Shown here one piece after another: positions 52,001 to 64,000 of a DNA stretch of 64,000 nucleotides. The notes beneath the pieces were generated by a model that worked only from the letters and a program-made list of their open reading frames with translations, made no database searches and was not told where the DNA came from. Numbering within the stretch: the first letter of the stretch is position 1; every line of letters begins with the position of its first letter. The stretch lies in the NCBI RefSeq assembly GCF_046119375.1, contig NW_027362763.1, positions 63,178,001 through 63,242,000 of the forward strand. The letters run 5' to 3'. Both the position numbers and the translations under genes were made by a program. The stretch is from Phyllobates terribilis. Its lineage: Eukaryota.

Positions 52001-53904
52001 CCGCAAATCAACGGGTGGCGTAGTCGACACAAAGAACTCTAATAACATCTGTAGGACTGCCACACACTGAGTTTGACACCCTGGGCACGGACCGGGTCAC
52101 AGCCACTCGGAGACTACAACCCCCATCTGATCCGGCTCCGGGTATCCCTAACAGCACTGGCCCAGGGGGCGCGTCAGATCCATTCACTGTAATGAGGCAG
52201 CAGAGTTACTCTGGACTCCGTCTGGACTCTGTTTAGCGGTGTCCTTTTTTTCAGAAGTGCACAAAACTGTGGCTAACCGCACTTTTATGCACGCCTAAAA
52301 CAAATGACACCGTGGGATCCCAGGCTAGACGGCGTCCACAGTGGTCTATATCTGCCTCATTACAGGGAATCTTCCGTCATGGGTTCCGTCTGAATCACGT
52401 ATTTCAGAGATTTACACCGAAACTCTGGTGTAAGTGCTCAGCGCAGAGCGCAGGATAAATGTGAGCAGAGCCTTACTGCGGTCTTTGGGAGACATAATAA
52501 ACAAATCAGTAGCAGGTGAAGAATTGGTTTTATTTATTTTTTACCCCGTTCCTAGTGTGATATAACTGATTAGATTACTTTATTCTTCGGGTCGGTGTGA
52601 TTACAGAGATACCAGATTTATATCGGGTTTTTATGACTGACAGCTGTCACATACTAAGAGACGCTTTTTTTGCAAAATCTAGTTTTTGCATCGCCATATT
52701 TTGAGAACTATAATTTTTCCATATTTCGGCCGACAGAGTCATGTGACGGCTTGTTTTTTGCGGGACGAGTTGACGTTTTTATTGGTACCATTTTTGGGTA
52801 CGTGACATTATTTGATCGCTTTCTATTCCGTTTTTTGGGAGGTAAAATTAACAAAAACAACAATTCAGGAATTGTTTTTTGAGGTTTTTTTTTATGCCGT
52901 TCTGCGTGTGGTAAAAGTGATAAGGCAGAGTTAATATTCGGGTCAGTACGTTTACAGCGATACTACACTTACTGTATATTTTTTTATGTTTTGGCGCTTT
53001 TACACAATAAAATATAGAAAAAATATGTTTTTTGCATCGCTTTATTCTGAGAGCTATAACTTTTTTTTATTTTTCGGCTGATGGAACTGTATGGCGGCTT
53101 TTTTTTTGCGGAACAAGATGATGTTTTCAGCGGTACTATTTTTATTTCCATTTTGCTTTTTGATCGCATTTTTTTCCACTTTTTGTTTGGCGATATGATG
53201 CAAAAGCATAGTTTTTTGCTCCGTTTTTTATTTATTTTTATTACGATGTGCACAGAAGGAGTTAATTAGTGTGACAGTTTTATAGATCGGGTTGTTTCGG
53301 ACGCGGCGATACCAAATATGTGTACTTTTTTTGGTTTTGCATAAATATATACGGATTTATTGGTTTAATATTTTATTTATTTATTTTGTGATTTTTTTAA
53401 CAGTTTGAAAACATTTTTTTGACTTTTTTTTTACATTTTTACTTAGTCCTGTATGGGACATTAATTTTTATTTTTCTAATCACTGTTCTCATGCAATGCA
53501 ATAGACATGTATTGCATTGCATGAGAGCTTTGATGACAGTTTCACACTGTTTGTCTCCTGCTAGACTTCAGCTGCAGGCTGAGTCTAGCAGGACACCATA
53601 CATGGCAGATCCGGAAGCGGTCATGTGACCTCCGGCTGCCATGACAATGGCAGGTCCTGTAAGACATCAGGGGGCCGTCGGAGAGGTAAGTGGACGACCC
53701 CCTCTCCTCTCACTATCTTCTAAATGCCGCGATCACTATAGATCTCGGCATATAGAAGATAGCAAAGGGCTAACATCATTGGGACCTGATCCCAATGATG
53801 TTAACCCTTTGGGGCTGCGGGACCACCGACCGTTGATAAACGTCGGCGCTGCACAGAGCCCAGGCAGCGCCGACGTTTATGTACAGTGGGCGGTTGGGAA
53901 GCGC
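49097..53904 (+). mobile_element. Large non-autonomous element with piggyBac-like ends
   Basis: TTAA|CCACTTC left end; right end ...GTTGGGAAGCGC is degenerate and lacks an intact TTAA. No transposase; repeated internal modules. The superfamily call rests on the termini only. Confidence 0.6.
50973..52176 (+). mobile_element. Gypsy solo LTR, 1204 bp, 4-bp TSD GATC
   Basis: GATC|TGTAGCACCC ... GGCGCGTCA|GATC. The 3' end matches the full-length element LTR end. Confidence 0.93.
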
Positions 53905-54029
53905 TTGAATGTTTGCAGGGTTCTTTTTCCCAATGGCAGATTTCAGCTCACCCCAAAGATTTTCAATGGGAATGAGGTCAAGACTCCTTGCTGGCCATTT
54001 TAAAACAGTCCATTTTTCCTTTTCAACTA

Positions 54030-54416
<387 letters not shown>

Positions 54417-55940
54417 TTATGTCTTTTCTTCAGCAATGGTTTCTTCTTTGGCCTTTGCCCTTTTACTTGTTGAAACCATGACCCCAGACTGTTCCAGGTT
54501 GGCCTTCAGGTCTTTGGATGTTTGACGTGGTTTTTTTTCCACCATTCACACCAACATTTGGAAACATCTCTTGACAATGTTCCTCTTTCCCCCCACGTCC
54601 AGGGAGGTTCTTGACAGTTCCATGCTTGGCAAACTTCTTAATAACATTGCACACTGTTGAAACTAGGATACCAAGGTCTTTGGAGATTGCCTGATACCCT
54701 TTGTAAGTCTTGTGTTTGCTAATAATAGCAGTTCTGATGTCCTCAGACAGTTCCTTTGTCTTCACCATTGTGACAAAGGATCAGGGCCTGCCATATGACT
54801 TTTTAAAACTCTGAAGTCACCAATCAAAAAAACTCACTTGATTCATTTTTTTTCAGGAGATATTCCATATTATGTACCTAAACTTCATGGGTGCCTATAA
54901 CGATGAGCAGGACTGTAGGTCTCCAGTGTGAATTTTGGGAATACATTTATCTTTTATGTATTTTTTTTTTATTTGTCATACAGCATGCACTCATGGATGC
55001 GAAACATTTCCTTAGATGTCGTATCATTTTTTTATTTCAGCAGTACGGTGGTTTTCCATATAGAAAGCTATGCTTTGTGTTTGGTAAACATGTACTTTTC
55101 TAGCAACGTTGATTACGCTCCGATCGCTGGCCGGTGTGGGACGTGTGATTAGAGCATGTCGCGCTGACATTCTTCGGAGAGGATACATTGTTACCATCTT
55201 ATGTTTGCAAATATAATTACTGCTAGATTGTATATCAGTATTTCAGACTCTTGATTCTGTTGGCACGGGGCCTAGAAGGTTAAGCCTGTCTCCATTCTTA
55301 ATGTTCGATTTGGCATTCTGCTGCAGCGAGTCTCAGTCATTGGATCAGCTACTGAACTTTCTTTTTTTTTTTATTTCTTTTTTTTTTTTATTTTAATCAT
55401 ACGTATCACATTTCTCTGCTTTCATCGGTTAGTGCCAAAAATGAGCCCTTAATAAACAAGCAGCTTGCAATCTGGCATGAAGAAGGAATTAGCAAGTGGA
55501 GAGCCATCAAAATCCAGCAGACATTCAGCCTCATTTGTGGCACCAGAAATCAGATGAAAGTTGGCTCGCCAATGCTGGAATATGGAGGATTATGGATCAT
55601 AGGAATATATTTCAGATTGAATAAGTTAAGGGTTAGTGGCAATGATGTGGGGTGTAAACGTATATTCAAAAAATAAAGGCATTGTCATAAAAGTATTATT
55701 TGGTCCAATCACTCTGTATGGGCTATGACCTTGGGTCAGATGGGCACTTTCAGGTACTTCAAGACACAGTTCACACCATGCAAGTTTTAAGCAACTAGCC
55801 ATAACCAGTTATATTGGCTCTGCATATACACCAGCAAAAGAAAAAAAACACATGATATAAAATAAAATCCTCGTCTGACTGGCCGCTAACAGTACACATA
55901 AATCTTGACTTACAAAGAGCTGCACCCAATGCACAGCATC

Positions 55941-56505
55941 TGTCACGGCTGTATCAGAGGTGACAGACAGTCGCCCTGCAGTTGTTTGCAGGAGATCTCT
56001 ACGTTTGGCATTACAGACATCATCTTAGAGGCTGGCTGTCTCTAGGACCCAGAGGCTACCTCCCTCTGGCTAATTAAATCCCTGGCCTGGATGTATAAAT
56101 ACCTGGTGTATCTGAGAGGGAGGTGCCGGCGATATTCATTACTACTTGTGAGGCTTTAGCAAGAGCAGTACTTCATCCTCTCTGGAGCTTGAGACTGTGT
56201 TCACATTTGTCTGGAGTCGTCTAAAGCTAAGCAATCCCCCCCCTGTTTGTCTACCCTTGTTGTCTATAGTGTTTAGTGGAGATGGACTAGTGCTCATCTC
56301 CTCCCTTCCCTAGTCTTAGCCATACGCCAGGGAAAGACTGCGCGAGGCACGCATGCGGCGATTGGTGAAGAGCCAATATTGGGATGGTAGTTGAGACAGG
56401 GTGACACTAGACCAGACTAGGAGGTGTCCCCTTTCCCTAGTGTCTGGGCTCCCTTTCCCTCTTCCCTCTGAGTTGCACCAAGTCTTTCCCACACCTTGCG
56501 TGTCA
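55941..56505. mobile_element. Solo LTR, 565 bp, 5-bp TSD GCATC
   Basis: GCATC|TGTCACGG ... GCGTGTCA|GCATC. Confidence 0.85.
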
Positions 56506-57777
56506 GCATCGCAACCAAACAATTGCTTAGTTAGGGCAGTTTCCTGGGAGCACAGAGAGCCATCAGCTCTTTTATAACAGACCTGTCTATTGCAGCTGAT
56601 TAACCTCAATCATCCCAAATCCCTGGAGTGGCTCAATAGAGCAAGGGAAATACATGGTTCCTTGCCTTAAAACTGGCTAACTGTTTCATATACAGAATAT
56701 AAGACTAGAACCTAGCGGACATGAACTCACAATCAAAAATGTTCCCCTGTTTCTGTTACAGGGCACACTACCATCTTATAAATCAGGCATGGATCCACAT
56801 TGTAGGAGTCGAAGCACATTAATTTGAGTTGTATATCTTTTAGATGTTAACAAAATACAGAAGACGAAACTTTACAGCTTGAGTGTTGGTCCTTTGTATT
56901 GCGTGTTTGGTGAGGTTGCCACCTGAGATGCAAGCACCATGAGTAGCAGAGTGCTGGTTGGATTGTATTCATTCAACGCGCCCGTAACACTAGTTGTAAT
57001 CTGTTGGGTTTGTTTTCTTGGTCATCCATACTGGACCTCCGGTCTGGAAGTCTACTTAAAATATTCTAGATCTTCGTGTTCCTGTCTAATGTGTGGGAAC
57101 ACAAGCTGCATCTGTCTGGAACATTAGGCCTTGTGTATACTTCTTCTTACAGGAACGTCCACAATGCGGGGCGAAAGGAGCTGGACGTCAATGATCTGAT
57201 TAGGACAAGCTGTATTTGGGTCCGAAAGTTGGGAAGAGGAAGTGCTGCTTTCCCAGCAGTTCAAAGGCTCTGAGAGCCACAACAAGCACTGGGATATCAC
57301 GTTGTGTTTGTTTTTCAAGGCTTCTTCTTATCTTTAAACTGAAAGCCAAATTGAAATCTAAGCAACCTGTAGTGCCCGGCTGTGTTTTTTATTATAGTAT
57401 GGACAGATGAATATACAAGGGTAGCAGTGTGTCTGGAAGAAAATCCCATATGCTAGACTTAGTGTCATTCTGTCCAGACTGGTCTTTCTTTTCACTCCCA
57501 CGAATGAGATGTTTGTGTTTTGAGTCAACTTGGTATGTCATTATATGACTTGACTAGAGAGGAGTATGGGTATTACTAGAGATTAGTGAATTGATTCAAT
57601 GCAAATCTAATTTTAGTTGGATTTTAATAAATCTGTAGGTGCTAGCAAACTTGAAAAATTTCCAATTAGATTTGAGCGAATTGCCCAAAAAATGCCCTCC
57701 ACCAATTTGCACATTGCAGGACATTGGACTGACTTGAATGGCACAACTACTTGGGTTTCCCTAAAATACCTTGCAAC

Positions 57778-57940
57778 TACACTGTGAGCCCTCCCGGGCA
57801 GGGTCCTCTCTCCTTCTATACCAGTCGCTGACTTGTTTTTGTTCAAACTATTGTACTTTGTGGTTTGCTACGTATATCTCTTTTTCACATGTAAAGCGCC
57901 ATGGAATTAATGGCGCTATAATAATAAATAATAACAACTA
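57778..57940 (+). mobile_element. L2 or L2-tailed SINE 3' end
   Basis: TGTGAGCCCTCCCGGGCAGGGTCCTC ... TGTAAAGCGCCATGGAATTAATGGCGCTATAATAATAAATAATAA. A shorter copy of the tail lies near 58130. Confidence 0.7.
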
Positions 57941-59695
57941 TCACATCACCTGAAAATAAGGAGGGTCTATCCTAGCCTATATAAAAGCCGAGGAAGGGAA
58001 AGCAGCAGTCGTTTTAGATTTAGTGAGAGGATTTCCGATCTCACAGCTCTGCAATAGAGATAGGAAGAGAAAGCTCTATGACATTGGACAAATCCTCCAG
58101 ACAGTAATGAGTTCTACAACAATATCTGTAAAGCGCTGTGGAATTAATGGCACTTTATAAGTGAGTAAAATAAATAAACTGAAACACTGAAGATGATGAG
58201 TGCAGTAGTCTGCAATTGTCTACCTCAAAAATTATGCATCTTGCAAACAATTTTTTTTTGCACATGATTTCTTAATCAGATTTTTCATCAATACACGCTG
58301 TGCCAATAATGTGCCCTATATCAGGTCCCGGATTTTTGGACCTGTGTCTACCTAACATTTCTTATCACAACACATTTGGAAAACTGAAATTTTAGCCATT
58401 TAATTGCACAGATTTGTTTTGCACCTGTTTTCTAGTCCAATTCGACAATCATACACTCCACACCTACACTGTGGTTTGCGGTCACATTTTCTTTTCTGTG
58501 TTGTGTACCTACCTAGAATTTCTTATGCCTTATTTAGTATGAATTGAATAATAGGGGTTTCAAATATTACCAAAACTTATCTGTAGTGATGTAGAAAATG
58601 TATGGTGAAAGAAAAGTGTCAATGGCAATGGGCAGGGTAGTGTAAAAGGAAAAAAATATATATTCTACAGCTAAGAATGTGAGAGCCGTTTGCAAAAGCA
58701 CTACCACTATGAATGGCACCAGCCATCTGGGCTGGTATTACCAGTGCAGTACAGTATTGGTACCACCAATCTCAGGTCACAATTGTCCTCCTTTGCCTCT
58801 GGTAAGTGTATTAATGAGAAGAAGCAGAGTGAGTTATGGAATATATGGCACACTTGTCTCAGTCACAACAGGATCAGGTTACTTCTGACAGCAACATCGT
58901 CAGTTTGAGTCAGTGTTCTGTACAGAACAGTCGGTCTTGTCAAAAATGACTAAGAGGGATAATTTTTGGACCGTTTTTTTTTTTTTATTTTAAAACATGA
59001 AAAGTCTGTCAGTGCTCTGTGTTATTAAATGGACTATTAGTTACTACCAGGTTACTATCTAATTCTGTGGTGAGGCCACATTGACATTACTAAGGTGCTG
59101 TGTTTGTGTTAAATAGCTTTAAAGGGGTTGGATACAGTCCTAGGAGACCTCAGATTGTTGCACACATCTTGTCAGAGTGATTGGAGGTTTTGCAGTTTGC
59201 GTCAAATCAATTTGATGCAAACCAAATTATGGGGGAGGAATTTGTTGACCCATTCAATTTAGAATTTGAATTTCAAAAATGTTCAATGATCTCAAGATAT
59301 GACATCATTTTTTTTTTAAACTGGACAATTTGCAATTATGATCTAAACTTAAATACTAGATCACGGCTCATTAGATAATGGCATATCGCTAGGATATGTC
59401 AATATATTATCGTGGGGATTGTGGAGGTCTGACCTATCTCACCCTCACAATCATAAGAGACTGTGATTTTACTATATAATGCAATACCATAGTACATTGT
59501 ATAAACAATTAGACAATCATAAGTTGATGTCTCCTAAGATAAAGAATAAAAAAAAGTTTTAAAAAATATAGACAGTCAATCCTATGAGCAATGTCATTAT
59601 ATACCTTATCTGCGTATGGGTATCTGATTATCATTTTAATCTGGTTTTTATGTTTTACGAAAATATCAATAAAAATTCTATATTAAAAATATATA

Positions 59696-61157
59696 CAGTA
59701 CAGACCAAAAGTTTGGACACACCTTCTCATTTAAAGTTTTTCATGACTATGAAAATTGTACATTCACACTGAAGACATCAAAACTATGAATTAACACATG
59801 TGGAATTATATACATAACAAAAAAGTGTGAAACAACTGAAAATATGTCTTATATTCTAGGTTCTTCAAAGTAGCCACCTTTTGCTTTGATGACTGCTTTG
59901 CACACTCTTGGCATTCTCTTGATGAGCTTGAAGAGGTAGTCACCGGAAATGGTCTTCCAACAATCTTGACGGAGTTCCCAGAGATGCTCAGCACTTGTTG
60001 GCCCTTTTGCCTTCACTCTGCGGTCCAGCTCACCCCAAACCATCTCGATTGGGTTCAGGTCTGGTGACTGTGGAGGCCAGGTCATCTGGCGTAGCACCCC
60101 ATCACTCTCCTTCTTGGTCAAATAGCCCTTACACAGCCTGGAGGTGTGTTTGGGGTCATTGTCCTGTTGAAAAATAAATGATGGTCCAACTAAACGCTAA
60201 CCGGATGGAATAGCATGCCGCTGCAAGATGCTGTGGTAGCCATGCTGGTTCAGTATGCCTTAAATTTTGACTAAATCCCCAACAGTGTCACCAGCAAAGC
60301 ACCCCCACACCATCACACCTCCTCCTCCATGCTTCACGGTGGGAACCAGGCATGTAGAGTCCATCCGTTCACTTTTTCTGCGTCGCACAAAGACACGGTG
60401 GTTGGAGCCAAAGATCTCAAATTTGGACTCATCAGACCAAAGCACAGATTTCCACTGGTCTAATGTCCATTACTTGTGTTCTTTAGCCCAAACAAGTCTC
60501 TTCTGCTTGTTGCCTGTCCTTAGCAGTGGTTTCCTAGCAGCTATTTTACCATGAAGGCTTGCTGCACAAAGTCTCCTCTTAACAGTTGTTGTAGAGATGT
60601 GTCTGCTGCTAGAACTCTGTGTGGCATTGACCTTGTCTCTAATCTGAGCTGCTGTTAACCTGAGAATTTTTCGGACTGACTGACCTTCATTTCTTAAAGT
60701 AATGATAGCCACTCGTTTTTCTTTACTTAGCTGCTTTTTTCTTGCCATAATACAAATTCTAACAGTCTATTCAGTAGGACTATCAGCTGTGTATCCACCA
60801 GACTTCTGCACAACACAACTGATGGTCCCAACCCCATTTATAAGTCAAGAAATCCCACTTATTAAACCTGACAGGGCACACCTGTGAAGTGAAAACCATT
60901 TCCGGTGACTACCTCTTGAAGCTCATCAAGAGAATGCCAAGAGTGTGCAAAGCAGTCATCAAAGCAAAAGGTGGCTACTTTGAAGAACCTAGAATATAAG
61001 ACATATTTTCAGTTGTTTCACACTTTTTTGTTCAGTATATAATTCCACATGTGTTAATTCATAGTTTTGATGTCTTCAGTGTGAATGTACAATTTTCATA
61101 GTCATGAAAATACAGAAAAATCTTTAAATGAGAAGGTGTGTCCAAACTTTTGGTCTG

Positions 61158-61162
<5 letters not shown>
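59696..61162 (-). mobile_element. Tc1 family A copy with an internal N-terminal deletion
   Basis: TIRs 59696-59953 and 60895-61162; transposase pieces 60470-60748, 60260-60445 and 59849-60121. Confidence 0.95.

Positions 61163-61228
<66 letters not shown>
61161..61228. repeat. Compound (TG)n(TA)n microsatellite at a Tc1 end
   Basis: Directly visible. Confidence 0.95.
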
Positions 61229-61233
<5 letters not shown>

Positions 61234-62267
61234 AAATATCAAAGTTCAAATGAACGCCCTTCTTCTCAATTAAAGGGGTATTTTCATGTTATAAAATTGC
61301 TTTAGTTCACTAGGCAGCATGAAAATAAGTTTGCATTCAACTTGCTTTCTGTATCAGCTGTCATTCTCCTGCAGGGAGAGCTTTTATCTTTCATAGTGTA
61401 CAGCTGATTTACATGGAGCTTGACCATTAGTGCCTGCCAAGGCCCTGGCGAAGTGTGTTCAGTAGCTACATTCCAGGAGAAAAGTTAACTCCTAACATTC
61501 CAGTCACCTCTCTCCAGCCCATTGTTTTATATGCAGCAGTTAGCTTCTCACCCCCTCCTGATCCCTCTCAGCTTCTGGAAAATCTCTTAACAGTCTTTTA
61601 AAATCACAATTTCCCAGCATCCGCAGTCTCCACAGCAGTTCTCCTAATCATGGCTCTCACTTTCCTTAGCCGTGTACTTGCTCAACTGCACTATAAGTAA
61701 ATATAGTGATAAAAATGTACACTCAGAACAAACAGTGACACACCATTAATGTGTAGTAGTAGAATAATGCTGTTCACCAGAACTGTCACTCAAGGAGAAG
61801 CACTCACCCCCTTGAAACCAGTTTGTAAGGAGACTATAAGGAGACTGCAGAGTTATGAGCTACTCAGGAGACAACTTGGCATCATTGTGTCTGTAAAAGT
61901 TTGATCTATTAAACTCTAAAATTAATTAACTGATTATGGCAATTAACCAAAGAGTAAAACAAATCAAGAAATGGCAGAATTAAGGTGTTTCATCACCGCA
62001 AAAAATGGAGAAAAAACACAAAAAACAACAAAATAATTATTATTGTGCAATAGTGTAGAAACATGAAAAACTCTCTGTAAATCTTAGCAACCCACAGCTA
62101 TCAAGTTATTTACACCGTGAAAGTAACACTCAAATATCAATGACAGAATTGCTCTTGCTTTGCACTTTCAACCTGTCAAAAATAATAATAAAACCGAAAG
62201 AAATGAACTGGAGTATAAGTTGGTGTACATGCAATGTGTAGGAGCATGTTCACACTGGCCATTAAAC

Positions 62268-62452
62268 AGACAAAACCTGAGATAGAAACAAAATGAACAT
62301 ATACCCTACTGAAAGCAAGTAAAAAGCAATAGTGCATATAAATAACATAGGGTCCTTAGTAAATATAAATACAGTAGTTTATTTGTATGTACTATTGCTT
62401 TTTACTTACAGCAGGGTCTATGCTCATTTTGTTTCTATCTTAGGTTTTGTCT
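62268..62452. repeat. Fold-back with about 75-bp imperfect arms
   Basis: 62268-62345 is approximately the reverse complement of 62379-62452. Confidence 0.88.
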
Positions 62453-62599
62453 TCAAAAATAATAATAGTAAAAATAAATAGTTAAACAATATTGTACTTA
62501 AATTATATAGGTAGAAAAAAAATACAACTCATCCCTCAAAAAGCGAGCACCCATGATTGTGACTGAAAAATAAAAATAATGATGAAAACATGAAAAAAC

Positions 62600-63080
62600 A
62601 ACTGCTTGCTCATTATGTAACAATTTAGGACGCAGGAAATTTGATTGCCCAGAGTAATGCATTCTAGAGAACTGGTACAGCATGAAATGGGAGTGGGAGG
62701 TTTGGATTATGGAAGATATTAGACCTAGAGCATTAGCAGAATGGTAAGCATAAGTAGGGTAGTAGAGAAAGATGAAGAAGGAGATGTAGCGCCATGCAGC
62801 ACTGAGGAGAACTTTTTGAGTGTACGTTTATTTTTTATTCTATAGCAGTTGGAGAACCAGTGTAGTGACTGGCACAGGATGGAGGCATCGGTGAAGCAGC
62901 TGGGCAGAGATTAGAGTCTGGATACTGTATTCAATACAGACTTGATTTGTTAAGACTGATTTGTAGTGTGTTACAGTAATAAAAAGAACTATGAATCAGT
63001 GACTGTACAAGTTTTAGCTAATACTACTACAACAAAAGGTCGGATTCTGGATGTTTTTGAGATGCAGCCGACATGAGCAT
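62600..63080 (-). mobile_element. Old L2 fragment
   Basis: ATGCATTCTAGAGAACTGGTACAGC and GAGGCATCGGTG match the L2 at 13870-14840. Confidence 0.55.
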
Positions 63081-64000
63081 TGTCTCATTTTACCCTTTTG
63101 CCTGGGTTTCATCTTTTAAAACTTAGTCTTACAGCAAACCTAACTATCATGTTTTTCATAACTTCATCCCTTGATTCTGCATATTCTCCTGCTTTTTTTC
63201 TCCCCGTATTCTTTTTGGAATTGATGCTTTACTTTACCCATGTAAAGTTGTGAGCCAAACTTAAAAGGTTGAGAGAGTTTTCATTAAATACAATGCTCCA
63301 CAACTTTTATTTATTTTTTGTCTTTTAAAGGATTCTTTCAAGAATAGAAGAAAAGAGTTTGTAGAAACAGTGACTCCAATCCCGTTCACAGCTTTTGGAC
63401 TAATATAGTTCTGGCCAACCACTTTTTTCAAAACGAAATCTGTAGTTTTTGCTGACAGCAATAATTTACTTGCTGATGGTTGTCACCTCATGGCTGAAAG
63501 CTTTTCCTACTGGCTCATGGTTCACCAAGACAGAATCAAAACTACTTTTCTACACTGCAATCTACAAAGCATACAAATCATATTCTATCTAAATAAATTG
63601 GTACCTTCTGAATCTCCGGTATCTAGAGCTTATTTTCTTGTACCCTCGATGTTGGTGTATCCTACTCCAGAGCTGCTTTTCCTGGTGTCACTTTTTTTCA
63701 GTAAATCAGCCGCTCTCGGCCTTTAAGGTGCATGCAAGGACTGTTTTCTGGAACAGTTTTGCTGATTTATAGGTGCAAGGCTGTTAATTCACTGTCCAGC
63801 TGATTTGTTAGTATGTTCTGTTAGTTTACAGGAAAACTGAGCCTTCATTTACAGCGAGAAAGGAAAGACTGTTAATCTGCAAAGAAACTGTTAGAGCGTT
63901 TTATTAATTTGCAAGGAAGCTGTCAGGGTGTTTAATCATGTGCAGTGGCACAGAGCATCCGCAAACTTCCCTGTCCTGCTCCAAACCCGGCCAGCGGCCC

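Overview
Repeat-saturated vertebrate DNA, most likely anuran; this is inferred from the TE repertoire of T2/Kolobok-type MITEs, TAGAGATGAGCG-ended hAT elements, TTAA-CC-ended non-autonomous elements, CR1, L2 and Penelope. No host protein-coding gene could be identified, and most computed ORFs are TE fragments or chance frames. The main feature is a full-length Ty3/Gypsy LTR retrotransposon (33489-41295). It has 965-bp LTRs about 99% identical, a TTAA TSD, a tRNA-Ser PBS, a PPT and a -1 gag-pol frameshift signal, but its ORFs are broken. The window also holds six solo LTRs with exact TSDs, two hAT elements, seven Tc1 copies or fragments, two copies of a large piggyBac-like non-autonomous element, CR1 and L2 fragments, a 5'-truncated Penelope element with inverted terminal copies each carrying a hammerhead-like motif, several MITEs and tandem repeats, often nested up to three levels deep. 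The most interesting observations are: (i) a second tRNA-Ser-complementary motif conserved inside the LTRs of three divergent Gypsy subfamilies; (ii) the paired hammerhead motifs; (iii) a degenerate dUTPase-like domain between protease and RT; (iv) a YY1-motif cluster in the Gypsy leader; (v) Tc1 TIRs that contain the end of the transposase ORF. Nothing here establishes a wholly new system. All family calls come from motif recognition by eye, not database searches.
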